A stretch of DNA of 64,000 bases from positions 4,650,001 to 4,714,000 of the forward strand of contig CATNEN010000030.1 in assembly GCA_950097015.1 (NCBI GenBank). The letters run 5' to 3'. The position numbers were made by a program, and so were the translations under genes. Shown piece after piece: positions 1 through 12,802 of this stretch. The stretch is from Macrostomum hystrix (lineage: Eukaryota > Animalia > Platyhelminthes). The stretch's first letter is position 1. Each line of letters starts with the position of its first letter. The notes under the pieces are model-generated. The model made no database searches. It saw only the letters and a list, made by a program, of their open reading frames with translations, and was not told the origin of the DNA.

Positions 1-253
1 CCGTTGGTATTGTGCAAAATCTTCAGGCAGTAAGGAGCTACGGCATTTAGCAACCCGGTGCGGTGCAATAGGATTGAGGAGGCTATTAAGAAAGCTAACA
101 AATACCTTATCGTTTCTAAGTATGATTGGAAACTAGAATTAGGAAGTCTTCTTTGCGGCACGAATGGTAAAAGCTTCTTACAGAATATAGAGAACTAGAA
201 GGCTTGATACTTTTGAAAACAGCACCTAAAATATTAACACTACCCCTGAGCAA

Positions 254-2795
254 TTGGTTCCTGCCAGCATGGACACTGAGCTGCTTGCGGAGCGGTTCAC
301 CCTGGCCCTTCTCGCCCAGCCGCAACTGCGTGTCGACGACGATTTGCAAATGATCATGGCCTGGTTTAAGGATCTATCCAGAGCGGAGGCTCAGAGGGGC
401 AAAATTTGCGTGCTGGGAGAACTGGACGACAGTAAGAGCTTTTCGTCTTTTTTCTCTGCATGAAAAAGCGAAACTTCCTGTTTAGCTTGAAAGGGCTGAG
501 AGCGTATCTGTGATTGAATATGCAGTGCTCCAGTTTTTGGGATGCTTCCTGCTGGTGCTTTTCTTCTTGCCAATTTGTGTCATACGAAAATGACATCTGA
601 GGCAATCAAAGGTGCAAGTTTCCCCACGCCTATATGAGCGCCAATAGGAGCTAGAATAAATAAATGCTGGCTCATATATTGCTCTCTTAAGCTCTGAGCT
701 TAACTTATAAGTTTATACATGAAAACACAAAGCTAAAACTATAACTTTAAAAAGTTTTCCTACTCAGTTAGGTATTTTGTGTTTATTCGAAGAAAGTGTT
801 GCTAGAGTGTGCGCCTATCTTTCCGCTATTCGTCAGTCTATTTCGCACGCTCTTATACGACTATTAACTACTTTGGGGTCAGTTGCAGAGCGATCTAACG
901 CGTTTGCCTCTCGCACCAAGGTCCCTGAGCTCGATTCCGCGGCGAGGCCACATTCATTTGGGACGGAGCCGCGGAGAGAAGGCTTGTGGGCTTGTCGTGC
1001 AGTTTACGTACGCCCTTTACGCCGTAAAGGGCCAAACTCCACAGTGATCTTCTAGTTGTCCTCGTGTTTTTCTTTTTTAACTAAAATGGCTTGATACGCA
1101 AATTCAATACTTTTTCGGTAAAGTATACTCATATGAAGTTCAGGGTCTGTAAATTATGCGTGGGAATCTTGAAATTCAGAAAGTATTGAATAGTACAGTC
1201 CTCATTAGCGATCACTTTCTTTTTTATTCTCGCATGCCACTCTCTAGAGTACGAAGAAAGCCGCTCGTTTTTATTTATAGCTTTTTGTTTTCGTTTTACA
1301 TAAATAATATCTTCAGGCGTACTAAAAGTGTTGGTCAAATACTCTTTATTGGAGACTCAACCGCGTGGCAAGCTGCTCATAAGAAAGGGTGAAAATGGTG
1401 ACTTCATGTATATCATCCTGTTGGGAGAGTGCGAGGTTCGCGTGTCTACTTCCGATGCCTCAGCCTGCAAGGAGGGCGACGTTATTCACGGTGGCCCCAA
1501 GGAGTTCGGCGACGCTCTTGGCGTTTTGGTCGGCATTGTCGGGCGTGAGTTAGTTTGCTTCGAACCTAATAAAACTGTAGGGCCGCTCTATAAAATAGAG
1601 GTATGAGCATATTAATAGGAAACTACGCCTATAAAGATGCAGGTGCAGGCATGGGGAGGCAACGTCAGGAAGTGGGAGCATTTGGCCCAAGCAGAGCATG
1701 GGACGCCAGTCCACCTCTAAACTCGCGCCTTTTTTGGTTGATTCTCAGGCATAAGATGCCTAAATTCCGATCGAGGATTTGGTAATATCAGAGGAAAGCT
1801 TTGCAGTGGAGCTAAGGACCTTTACTACCTGTAATTTACTGAACTTACTGCTTTAAGTTTATCTTACATATGTACTAATAGGACAAATATTCTACATTTT
1901 AGAAGGGGCCTTGATCGGAGAGGTGGCTCTCGTTCGCAAGGTGGTTCGTACAGCGAACGTAATGCACTATGGTTCGAATATCCAGGTCACTATATCAACG
2001 AACCCTTCAAAGCTCATTAGAAAAGCTAGAACAGGAGCGGGAATCATTTGCCAGCAATTTTCATCTGGTTAGCAACTATAATCCGAAGCTTAAGCAGCAG
2101 TTTATCAGGGTACTTATGAAGCAAAAGTACAACAATAGCGACATCATCGTGCGCCAGGGAGACAAGATTGAAGATATATACTTCATCGTCAGGTAAGCTG
2201 TTCGATGACTACTTTAGCTTCCTGTACATTTATCATTTAAAGATTTTTAGCGTTTTCTTTGCTTTTGCAACTTTCACAAATAAGTAAGATTTTTACTAAG
2301 TTTGTTAAGTACCTTACCAAAAATAGTCTTTTTAATGTGTGCTAATTCAAGGTCCTAATCAAACAACCCGCCAATCGGCAGATTTGGTGTACAACAGATC
2401 TTTCGAATTCACGTTGAAATTATGGAAAGATAATTTGTACAAATTTCACAAATTTCACAAATTTCTACTTTCACGTACAAATTTGTACAATCGAGTACAA
2501 CCTTAAAACTCTACAACTAAAAAATCTGCTGTTAACTCTAGCGGCGAGGTGCTGCTTTACATAGATACGAGGCGATTCGCCGGTCAGTACGAGTTGCACC
2601 TACAAGCCAAGAATATCTACTCCATTTTGCCTGGCGGCGCTCAGAGCGGACGAAAATCGGCGTACGGCCCACGACACCGTCGTCAGCAACCTGCTTTAGT
2701 CGGCGGCCTTGCGTCGGGTACTCGGATTGTGTGGAGCTGTGTCAGCAGGCATGGCATGCTTAGCGATTTTGAAGTTCTGGCGCAGCTGCCAAGCC
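254..2795 (+). CDS. Multi-exon cyclic-nucleotide-binding-domain (CNBD) protein, two CNBDs; frameshifted and 3' end not found (possible pseudogene)
   Basis: Inferred exons about 254/269-431, 534-611, 1317-1544, 1903-2192, 2542-2795 with GT-AG ends and matching phases. Motifs: GKLLIRKGENGDFMYIILLGECEV, GALIGEVALVRKVVRTANV, DIIVRQGDKIEDIYFIVSGEV, GMLSDFEVLAQLPS. Frame changes between RTANV and MVRISRSLY at about 1960-1969. The first two exons are less certain. Confidence 0.75.
875..1050 (+). mobile_element. tRNA-headed SINE (family C), partial copy
   Basis: GGGGTCAGTTGCAGAGCGATCTAACGCGTTTGCCTCTCGCACCAAGG...GATTCCGCGGCGAGGCCACATT aligns with the reverse complement of about 58560-58651; A-box/B-box-like head. 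Confidence 0.65.
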
Positions 2796-3253
2796 GTATG
2801 TCGTCTGTCTGTCTGTCTGTTTGTGGAATATCGTTCCACAGGCTGGATGCCTCAACCAAAAAGAATCGAGATTTTTCTAGAACTTAAAAAAATTCAAGTC
2901 AGACTACTTTTAGCATGGAGGAAAGAATAGAATTGAGTGCTATTCTGAGCCAGCCATTTTTGTTTCGCGAAATTTTCACTTTTAGCATCTTTGTCGCCTC
3001 GTTCCTTCCTATTGGCTCGTGAATGCCATAGACGAGCGTGTTTTTTATTTTTTATTGTCACGGACAACTAAAACTCTCGGGACGCGAAACGAGCCAATTC
3101 ATGGCAAAAAATCTGAGGGGCTCGCTTAAAAGTATTGTTCTATGGCTTTTTCGAGTCTTCTCTGCTATCAAGCAAATTAAAATTGCTTTAGCTGCGGCCA
3201 GCAGTGAAGCTAAGCTGAATATCAAGAGAAGCATTTTTTATTCACTTGATGAA

Positions 3254-3532
3254 ATGCCAAGAAAGTGCAGCGCATTTCCGTGCTCGTCAAATTACAACTC
3301 TGAAGCCGTTCGAACACGGATATTTGCGTTTCCCAGAGATCCACAGGAGCGAGAGCGATGGAGAAAGGCGCTGCCAAATTCTCCAGGTAAGAAACCAGAT
3401 CATTTGCTGTCATTACTGAGCTGCATAATTCCGCTTCAATAGTGCATGCCAGTCTCGTCCAAACAACTTGAAACCCAAAATTTATTATTTTAGAGAGTGA
3501 CTGACAATATGGGCGTGTGCGTAAAGCATTAG
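3254..3532 (+). pseudogene. THAP zinc-finger remnant of a P-type transposase
   Basis: MPRKCSAFPCSSNYN...IFAFPRDPQERERWRKALP (3254-3386, then GTAAGA donor); next piece RVTDNMGVCVKH ends in a stop where THAP has VCxxHF. No catalytic domain present. Confidence 0.8.
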
Positions 3533-3857
3533 ACTTATCCTGTCTACAGCAGTTTTATTCTGCACTCTCCTACGTGCGCAACTCGCGTGCAGAAGCTGTT
3601 TTATGTTATTAAGGACTTTTACTTTCCAACTAAGACACAGTTCAGCATGGACAGTGTGTCCCGTCGGCTAGCCAACGTTTTTTTTCAAAGGACTAGTAAG
3701 ACGCTCGTCAAAACTCCCACCAATACCGACGACATCCCATGATAGATAGCTTCGGAAGTTAGATGCTCAGTATGTGAAGTTCCAGCGTTTCCTTTATGTA
3801 CGAGCTACTGACTGTTTGTGTCGTCTTGTTCTTGGAGTTCCGTATTTGCTTCTATTT

Positions 3858-3955
3858 TCTTGCCGTTGGAGTTTCATCTTCGCTTTCACCCTTTATCTTC
3901 TTACCGTTGGAGTTATATCTTTGCTTTCATCTTTTATCTTCTTGCCGTTGGAGTT
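3858..3955. repeat. 41-bp tandem repeat, about 2.4 copies, inside the P-like element
   Basis: TCTT(G/A)CCGTTGGAGTT recurs at 3858, 3899 and 3940. Confidence 0.85.
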
Positions 3956-4624
3956 TTTTTGTTGATATGGCGGTTACTTTATTGTAAATACATTGTAACT
4001 ATATCACTGGTTCCTATTCTTTAAATTAAATACTCGACATTGCCTCGCTTTACTATTTACTATCTAACCGTTAATGCCTGATAGCAGAGAAGACTTGAAA
4101 AGCCATAGAACAATACTTTTAAGCGAGCCCCTCAGATTTTTTGCCATGAATTGGCTCGTTTCGCGTCCCGAGGGTTTTAGTTGTCCCTGTCTATTCTATT
4201 AAAACAAATTTAAATAAAATGCCCGCGACTCTGTCAGCCAAGGGCATGTCAGCTTAGTTGAGCTTGTTGTTCGAAAATGCGTTCGTCTATGGCATTCACG
4301 AGCCAATAGGAAGGAACAGGGGGGGCGAGGATGCTAAAAGTGAAAATTGGGCGAAACAAAAATAGCTGGCTCAGAATAGCACTCCATTCTATTCTTTCCT
4401 CCATGAATTTTAGCCGCATCGTGAATCGACGAAGAGAGCAAGATAAGTTTCGGCCATAAACATCTTCAAGAAAAAAAGACATCATCATTTTAGCCAGCTA
4501 TCTGCACACCGGCTCTTCTTAAAAAACGAATATTGACAGTCTTGACTGCATTCTTTAGTTTTTAGATTGAATGTAACCTACTATATAGTCAGAAATTTTG
4601 TCAAGCAATTAGCTAAGCAGGACC

Positions 4625-5984
4625 ATGGCAACAGCCTCTGGCGACTGCGTCACCAATTCTGGCGCAGATTTGAATCGGCTCTGGACTTTCAAGAGCGTCG
4701 TTCTGGGAGATAAAGGCGTCGGCAAGACCTGGCTGGTGAACAATATGCTGACTGGGTGCGGCAGCGATGAAACCAAATCCAAGGAGACTGAGGAGGCGGC
4801 AAACACTGGCGGAGTGACTTTCCACATGGCGAAGATGGAGCTGGGCGGAGGCAGTACGGGGATTCTGCATGTGTATGACACTTCTGGCAAAGAGAGGTTA
4901 GGCTGCACTCTGTTGCAGGTGCTGTTGTCTAATTAGAAACTTTTAAGGCGCTTAACGCTTGGTGTGCCATTAAATCGTGATTCTCAAGTTCCTCATGGAA
5001 ATCCAAAGTTAGAAACTCATCAGATTACTTCAAGTAGGCTCATTTTTTATCACAATTATCGGGCCATCGTAAGGTCTTAGTGAGGCAGATTAGGTTTAAT
5101 TTGTCAACAATTTGGCAATAAAATAAGAGATATTTGCATTGCTCGAGCGAAGTTCTAATAAGGAACATTTATTGTGCATTCAGTTGCATTATGTGCATTG
5201 TGGTTTTAATTATCTCAAATGCGGTTAATTAGCTCAACACCCAGCGCATAAGTTAAAAGAGAGTGCTGCAGCGTCACACGAGATTAAGAATACTTCTTTG
5301 ATGCGAGGATGATGAGATTTCCCTCATTCACCATCGACTATTACTATCCCAACCGCCTCCAGATTCCAGGAACTCCAAGCCAACTTAATGAGAGACGTCG
5401 GCTGCGCCATAATTGTATTCGATCCTTGCCACCAATCCGCTGAAGCTTGCTGTGCCTCCCTTGCCGAATGGCACCAGCTGGTGCGTCAGTACTCCGACGC
5501 TCAGTCTGTGTCGGAGCTTGCTGTACTCTTCTGCCTGGTTGCCGTCTTTAACTGTGATGCAACAGTTCAAGTTGCCGAAGGAGGCAACTGCAAGGATATC
5601 GGCGGCTGCCGAGGCCGCAGCTGCGATCACTTGCGTTGCCTATCCGCTGGCCAGTCATTCGCCGAGGCGCTGTGTGGCCAATTTTTCCAGTGCCAGCGTG
5701 CTGGTCATGTCGGCCGGCCCAGATGCGAGTGGCTTGGCGGACAGGAGCTCAGCCCAGCTTGGCTGGGCAGCGAGCTCATGAGGCGACAACTCTGCTCGTT
5801 CGCCAAGCAGCCGGTGCGTCCGAAAGCTAAAACTGCAGACAAAGAAGACAAAGTGACGCAGCTGCGGCTGAGGAAGTCAAAGAGCTGCTGTCAGCAGCTC
5901 GTTGAGCAACTGAACGCGCTACTGAATCTTCCCGCAATGGTTGCTGTGTTTCTAGCTAGCCGACCGCCAACAAGCCAGAAGTGA
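4625..5984 (+). CDS. Divergent Rab-like small GTPase, two exons
   Basis: Exons 4625-4896 and 5363-5984 join in phase to give DTSGKER/FQELQANLMRDVGCAIIVFD. G1 GDKGVGKT, G2-like NTGGVTF, G3 DTSG; G4 and G5 degenerate. Confidence 0.8.
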
Positions 5985-7398
5985 TCACCTTCTGGTCTCA
6001 AGCTGAGTGAATAAAGGGAATAAAGGGAATTAAATTAGCACACAAGTACGAGCTACGCTAATACACCAGTACACAGGAGTTGCGATTACACTAGCTGGGC
6101 TATTTACGTCTCAAACTTTACTAACAAAAGTTAAAAAAATCGAAACGCAGCCCCAAAAGCTGCTGTTGTCAACTCTCTCCAAAAAAGGTGGAATACTCCT
6201 TTTCAATTTCAAAAGGCCATTGTTAAGAATTACTGTCTAGATAAAAGAATAAAATATCAAAATTTAGCTTCACAACCGTTAGTAGGTCATTGTTCCTGGT
6301 TGTTCTAATTAGCACTCGTCTGTTTCTAGGGAATCTAAACTCTTCAGACATCTACAGTGTATATATCGACTGCGTTAAAGCGTTGAAATACTCGCTGTCT
6401 GCAGAAGTCTAGTTACTCTCTATGCAGTTTGTCTGTTCACCTCTACACTGCATCCAAAGAAACTTTTAGAGAGTTTAACACAAATAATTGTAGCACACAA
6501 AGCAGCGCGTTAATTTAATAACAGCACTAACAGCATTTGAAACTACGTGCATCATATTTTGATCCATGCAATTTTCTTAGCTAAAAATAGTTATATTTCT
6601 CGTGCAAAAGTTTTTAAATATAACACCAACAGAAAAAAGAAAAAATACGAGTATTATATTTGCGGTAACTAAGACAGAAGCATTGATTTTTTCTGTTCGT
6701 CATTTAAAATTTTCGGGAAAAGGCAAGATCTAATAGAATTTTAAAATAGAAATTTGCGAACGATAAAACTCTGGCAGCGGTTCACACATTCATTCTCTTA
6801 GTTGCGCGCTGAATAAATCCGATATAACCGATTGTTCGGCTGTTAGCAGTTTGATTGCTTCGTGTATTGTGGAACAAAGCATCTTTGTAGAATGAAGGAC
6901 CACGTGCAGTAAGCACAACTTGTGTTAATCTTTTGCGAGCACGCATAGGACACTTAATATAAGTTAGCTGTGAGATATATACTCGTACAAAGCAAGTCTA
7001 AGGTCGGGTATACCAGGAAAGAAAAGTATAGAATGCAACTCGAAATGATATTTCAAGAATCAAATAGTCTACGATGGTAGTTTATACGAGTATAATATTT
7101 GTAAATAAGTTATATGCATTATACATGTTAAGTGATAATCAATGTGCAGTTATAGGGACGCCAAAAACTAATCTTATTTTCGGGTACTGGCACACTTTTC
7201 AATCACTTCGAAAATGTTTAACATGTGGAAAGTATAATTTTTTATAGAATAACAAATAGGCGGGCCACCGAAAAAGGAAAATCGGACAAAGAGCTTCTGA
7301 AAACTATGTAAATTGTACATTTTCAGTTAATTTTTAATCACTGCGAGCTGAAATCGTTCTTAGAGTAGATTCATACACCGATTGAATGGAGAGACAGC

Positions 7399-7428
7399 GC
7401 ACGGCTTTTGAGTGCTCAAAAGCCGTGC
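7399..7428. repeat. Perfect 14-bp inverted repeat with 2-nt loop
   Basis: GCACGGCTTTTGAG-TG-CTCAAAAGCCGTGC. Confidence 0.9.
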
Positions 7429-7491
7429 TTCTATCACATTGACGAATGGTTTGGACACTCTGCATAATCGATAATCAATCAGTGGGTTGGA

Positions 7492-7599
7492 CCATAGACA
7501 GCGTGCAATAATACACCATTATCTGCATGCTGACGGTTGTATAACTGCATTTTTGTCAACAAACGCTGACTGGAGCAATGCTCGTATTGCACGCTATGG
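7492..7599. mobile_element. Tiny MITE-like element
   Basis: Imperfect terminal inverted repeat CCATAG(AC)AGCGTGCAATA ... TATTGCACGCT-ATGG. Confidence 0.35.
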
Positions 7600-8057
7600 T
7601 AAATCCTGGCATTATTTTGTCTCAGCTAGTGTCCAAACCATTCGTCAATGGAATTTGTTAAATTCCGAATCAGCTACCAGCTAAATATAAAATAAAATCA
7701 GCTGGGGTAACGTAATTTAGCCTTAAGCATTGCAAATAAGATTCTTGGTCTACGTTAAGGTTTTTAGTTTAGGTGTTTTAGTTCTTCAGCTATGTGGAAA
7801 TTCAGTAGGAAAATAAGCTTCTTTTATACTGTTCACTAGCCAATCAGAAAAATGAAAGAACTTTTTTGTGTCGTTCACAATATAAACGAAGTGGACAATT
7901 AATGCGTTCATGATATTCTGAAGGCTCTCGTTAGAACAGAGCGGGAATCTGGAAGTGACGCAGGATTTTTTCTCGGATAATAACGACGACGCCATACTCA
8001 GTGAAGACGAGAAGGGCGAGAACGGTGCAAGAGCGATTAAAATGTTTTAGTTCCGAT

Positions 8058-11000
8058 TTATTTGTACTTGTTGATGCGTCGCAGTTGTATGTAGCAGAGA
8101 GTAAGGAAGAACAATGTGATGAGCAGCATTCCGAGCTCGTTGCTCCACAAGTCCCAAGGTGTCGAGTAGGCGATTTTCTGGTCGCTCAACACCACGTAAC
8201 CTTCTTTGCTACAAAGATAAGAGAGTTAAAGCTCTGTGATTTTCGTTAGGGATTGGAATAAAGAAATATTTTGGTGAGTCAGCATCGTCAAGTGGTGACT
8301 ATTTTGAAAAAAAGTGTGTGAAAATTTAAACTTAATTTAATTCACAAATCAGTCTTAGAATTAGCTTTTTAGGCCTAAATAAAACTGTAGTAGTTAGGTA
8401 ATTTCTTTCGTTTCGTTTTTCATCTAGCTCGTAAATGCCTACTTACCAGGTCCTGGTCAAATTTGTCGTGTTGTGCGATGGGCAAAACTCTAAACCGACG
8501 AACTCGTTAGCTGAGAGGCCAGAGTAAGCGTAGTTAAACAATGACAGGTATTTGCACCAAGATAGCCAGTCGCCCATCGAGCCGATGTTCATTAGGAACC
8601 CACCGAACACCATCATGAACACATAGATGATTGAAATGAAGATGTTGGCAATGCCGAACACGGAAACGGAGGCCGATACAAAAAAGGCTACTCCACAGGC
8701 GCCACAGGTTGTAAGCACCAGGTTCAGCTCGTAAAAGAAAAATGCACCGGCTGACAGCTTCAACTTGGCCATAAAGTAAACTATAGGCATAAACAGAAGA
8801 ACAGGCAGTGTCTTAATAGGTAACATGTCGCAGAATATCTTGGCCAGGAAGTACACTGAAACCCGGTAGAAGCCTGATGAGTTCTCGTGAATGAAGATAA
8901 CTCGCTCCTTTATAAAGACTTCCACAGCTCCGAGATTAACAAACACCATCTGGAGCAGGAGAAAGAAAAACAGACCCTGGCGATTCTGGATTCCGGACTC
9001 CAGAGAGGTGTCCAGGTTGAAGAAAACGGTACCCAAACTGATGGCGAAAAACAGGTAAACCACAAGTTGGATGACCGAGCTCTGTGGATTTCTGAACAGG
9101 TTCAGTCCCGTCCGCCACGACACCCACAGAATCTGAAAACCAGGGATTCGATCGGACTACTTTTGATAGGCTGTCTTTCATTGAAATTCAAATACAAGAC
9201 GTCTAGAAATTCTTTTCTAAGAAGCATTCGAAAAGACGAAAAAAATATTTTACCTGGTTCCAGACGCTTGTTGGATAATCCACGCGAGGGACTTTCTTCC
9301 CTTTAAATTCGATCGAGGCGCCCTCTCTGCTTAAAGAGTGCAGACAGATGTTGTCCACCTGCTCGTTAACACATTTGGCTTGAGCAGACTGGCTCCAAGC
9401 CTCTATCAGGCGATGGCTGATAGCCTCGCTCTTTGTCTTCAGCTCATCAGTATCAACTATGCTGTCGTTGTTTGCCTCTGGAAACAGTGCGTTTTTTAAT
9501 ATGGGATATTACCAAAGATCGATAAGCGATGATCACGAATGCATAGAACACTTACAAATATGAAAATAGTTTAAATTACGAGTATTATTTTGCACTTTTT
9601 TATCTTTCACATCAAGATCCTGTAAACTGAAAGCGAATGATCAATATCAAAGTAGGAGTCTCACTGTCTTCCAGATTCTCCCGACTGCCCTTCCTCGAGA
9701 GTATCTCGCCGTGAACCATGTCCATGAAGAAATCTGGCGGACTGTTGTGGGCCTCACATTGAAAACCTGCATGTCATGATGTAGTATTCAATTTTTTAGT
9801 TTATTTCTTTATTTTACTACCACAAACTTTATTAAAATCAAAAGACAAAAATATCCACAAAATTATTGTACATTGTGCTTCCAACATAGAAGAAACGATT
9901 ATACAGGGATACAAAGATATCGAAGATTACTCCGAGCGTTCACGCGATCGCAAAAGAGCTTATAAAAACCAGGAGCAAGTCCCAATAAGAAAAACATTTT
10001 CTATTCTGGCATGTCGCATGACAGTACAGAGGGCTTTCATAAAACTTTCAATGTCCGTTTCAGTTTCAGTTTCATAGAACTTTCATGTCAAAGCTTTGCA
10101 CCATAAGTTGCTCCAAAGGAAGAATCTGAAAGAATCTGGGGCAACTTATGGGGGCAAAGCATTGAGCATTCCAGAGCCACCAAGGCTTGCATGGGTTTAG
10201 CAGCTTTAGCGGAACTATGGCAAGCCTCTTTCTCTCATTTTATTTTTAAACGAATGTTACGATGATATTGCCAATCCACACATGAGATTGATAAAGCAGT
10301 CGTCATCATCAGTTTTCAAAACTTAAAAACAAAAAGGTTACAATGATTCACCGATGCGAGCGAAGTAGTCAAGCGGATCGTTTTCAGCTCTGCCGTGATA
10401 TACAACACTGCCAGCCACCACCAGTGTGAGGTTGTCAAAGAGCCGGTAGATGGAATACTTTGGCTGGTGAATGGAAAATATAATAGTTCGGCCAGAGTTT
10501 GCAAGCATCTTCAGAGTACGAATGACCGAGCCAGCTGTGAAGGCATCCAGTCCCGTCGTAGGCTCGTCGAGGAACAGCACAGGTGGGTCGGTTATCAGCT
10601 CCATGCCTATGTTAGTCCGCTTGCGCTCGCCACCAGAGACTCCACGGATCAGTTCTGTGCCGATCTTGGAGTCAGCGACCTTTTTGTTGTAAGAGTGAGT
10701 GAGGTTTTTTGATACAGTCCATTAATATTATTAGGTATCATCAATATCATTAATATGAATAGGTATCATTAATGTCATTAATATCAATAATATTATAAGT
10801 TTCTTAAATCCGAGTTTACAATGTGAGCTATTGTCATAGAAATGATGACACTAAAATAACTTCATAGAAGTATAGTTTTCCTTTACTTAACCTGATTATT
10901 GTAGAGTATTAAAAAACCTCGATAGATTTTCTAACCCAACTATGCCTCCATATACATCAGACATGCACAGTTGGCTAATTAAAAATTATACCTTCGTTAG

Positions 11001-12802
11001 TCCTAGCTCCTTAATGACACCATCCACCTTTTCCTTCCGCGCGCGAGCTGATGTATTCCCCGGTAAGCGGAGGGCGGCCGAGAAACTGAGATTCTCACGG
11101 ACTGTGAGAGTACCCATCACAATGTCGTCTTGCACCACGTAGCCAGACATGCACTTAAAGTTATCTGGCTGTTCAGCTCCATCAACCAACACTTCACCCC
11201 GCAGATATTGCGGGTCTTTGCGACCTGCCAGAACGTCAAGAAGGCTGCTCTTGCCGCTACCAGTCGGACCCATAATTGCATTAAGGCCGGGACGCATTAT
11301 TCCGCTAAAAGATGCACGCAATTATAAAATAATAATTAAATACAAAAACATTGTCTGTCGAGGCTTTATACAGCAGTAAGTATTGATATTTAATCTATTG
11401 ACTTACTATTCGATTTTTAGGACCTAATATTTCTATTTGGGATCTTGCTATTAGACTTTTATTATCCGTATATTACATGTAATTGACTTACGCTTATTCC
11501 TGACATTCGCTCAGGGATAAACAAAAATGCGTTGATAAGTGCAGAATTAAAGTGATAAATCTAATATGCTTTTTTAACTAAGGATCATCTATATGATTTG
11601 AACGTCAGGGCTTTAAAGTTCGTTTCGATTAAATAAATGTATCATTTTCCAACAAAATCTTCTTTCAAACTTACCTGATTCCGTTCAGAACAACCTTTTT
11701 TTCAGCCTTGCTCCAAGGAAAGCGCTTGACCATGACCTCATAGTTTATTTTCCTGAATGTAATCACCGACCCCGGTCGACTGCTGGAAGACCTGCGCAGA
11801 CCAAGAGAATTCAAGTCTGGGTCAACCACTGATAAGCCTCCTCCACAGTTTACACCACCATCGTTGTGCATAGGTCGGTAGCGGGACGAATGTTTTGAAA
11901 CAACTGGCTGTGGACTGCTCAGGTCGCCATTCGACACAGAGAGCTCGCGGCTATAGCAGGCCTCTGGCTGTTGCTCTTCACGCATGTGAGATGGCGGTGC
12001 GCTAAGATCCAACGTCACAGAACCGGCATTTCCGGAGTCAGACTTGCGATAGGAGATGGTAGGGGGTCGACCACTGCTGCCGCCACCATTTGTTAGTGGC
12101 TGGCGTGGCGTGGATTTTTGATGACCTCTGCTAAAACCGATATCATTAGAAGAAGACGCTGATGCTGCTTCCGCCGCTTTCGCTTCTTTTAGTGAGCCTT
12201 GGCTCGCAGATAGGAGGGGCTCATCCTTAACACCTTGGCGCTGTCTAGTGGGCAGGAACTGTTCCTTGATGAACTGGCCGGCCTGTGATGAATATAATTG
12301 AGTGCTCAGATTCTCGGATGCCTTATTCCTAAAAAACTATGAGTTTACATGGTTGTTCTTTTGATCGAAAGTGCATGCTAGTTTAGCCGTGATCTTATCG
12401 TTATCCTTAAATAGTGAAGTGTTTTATTTAAGTCACGAGTAACACAGGATGGAAAGGTAAATGTATTCCGAGTGCTAGCTTTTACTCTATACTAGAGCTG
12501 AAATATCTAAAAAATTGATGATGTTCTTGTGCCGTGTAATAGACGTCCATACGTTCAGGCACTGCCTATCTAAATATGACACTTACAACATGGTCAATAT
12601 GGCCAGCAGCTGCAGCTGCAGCTACAGCTGCAACGCGCATTGAACGTGGCGATGGCGGGGACCCAGAGCGTCGAGGTCGTGTTGGCTGTTGCTTGTGCTG
12701 CTGCTGCTCGGATTCGTGATACACGTGACCCCACCCAGGTGGCGATGATTGTCGCCTGATCGCTCGGTCAAGGGAGTTGTACTTGTGCGTTGACGAAGCC
12801 AT
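8058..12802 (-). CDS. ABCG2: ABCG2-like half ABC transporter (NBD then TMD)
   Basis: Exons (minus) about 12282-11675, 11304-10992, 10679-10352, 9766-9665, 9477-9254, 9132-8447, 8208-8058 with consistent phases. Walker A GPTGSGKSS, signature VSGGERKRTNIGMELITDPPVLFLDEPTTGLD, HQP, six-TM region, C-terminus CYIQLRRINKYK*. The probable first exon (12802 to about 12588, MASSTHKY...) is less certain. Confidence 0.92.
10093..10160. repeat. Short hairpin / MITE-like inverted repeat in ABCG intron
   Basis: GCTTTGCACCATAAGTTGCTCCA ... TGGGGCAACTTATGGGGGCAAAGC. Confidence 0.6.

Larger units (their letters stand above)
2914..4405 (+). mobile_element. Non-autonomous P-superfamily (THAP) DNA transposon with long bipartite terminal inverted repeats
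   Basis: Ends CATGGAGG...CCTCCATG. Inverted repeats about 2914-3039/4278-4405 and about 3062-3172/4077-4186. 8-bp target duplication ACTTTTAG (2906-2913) / AATTTTAG (4406-4413), one mismatch. Internal THAP remnant. Confidence 0.85.
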
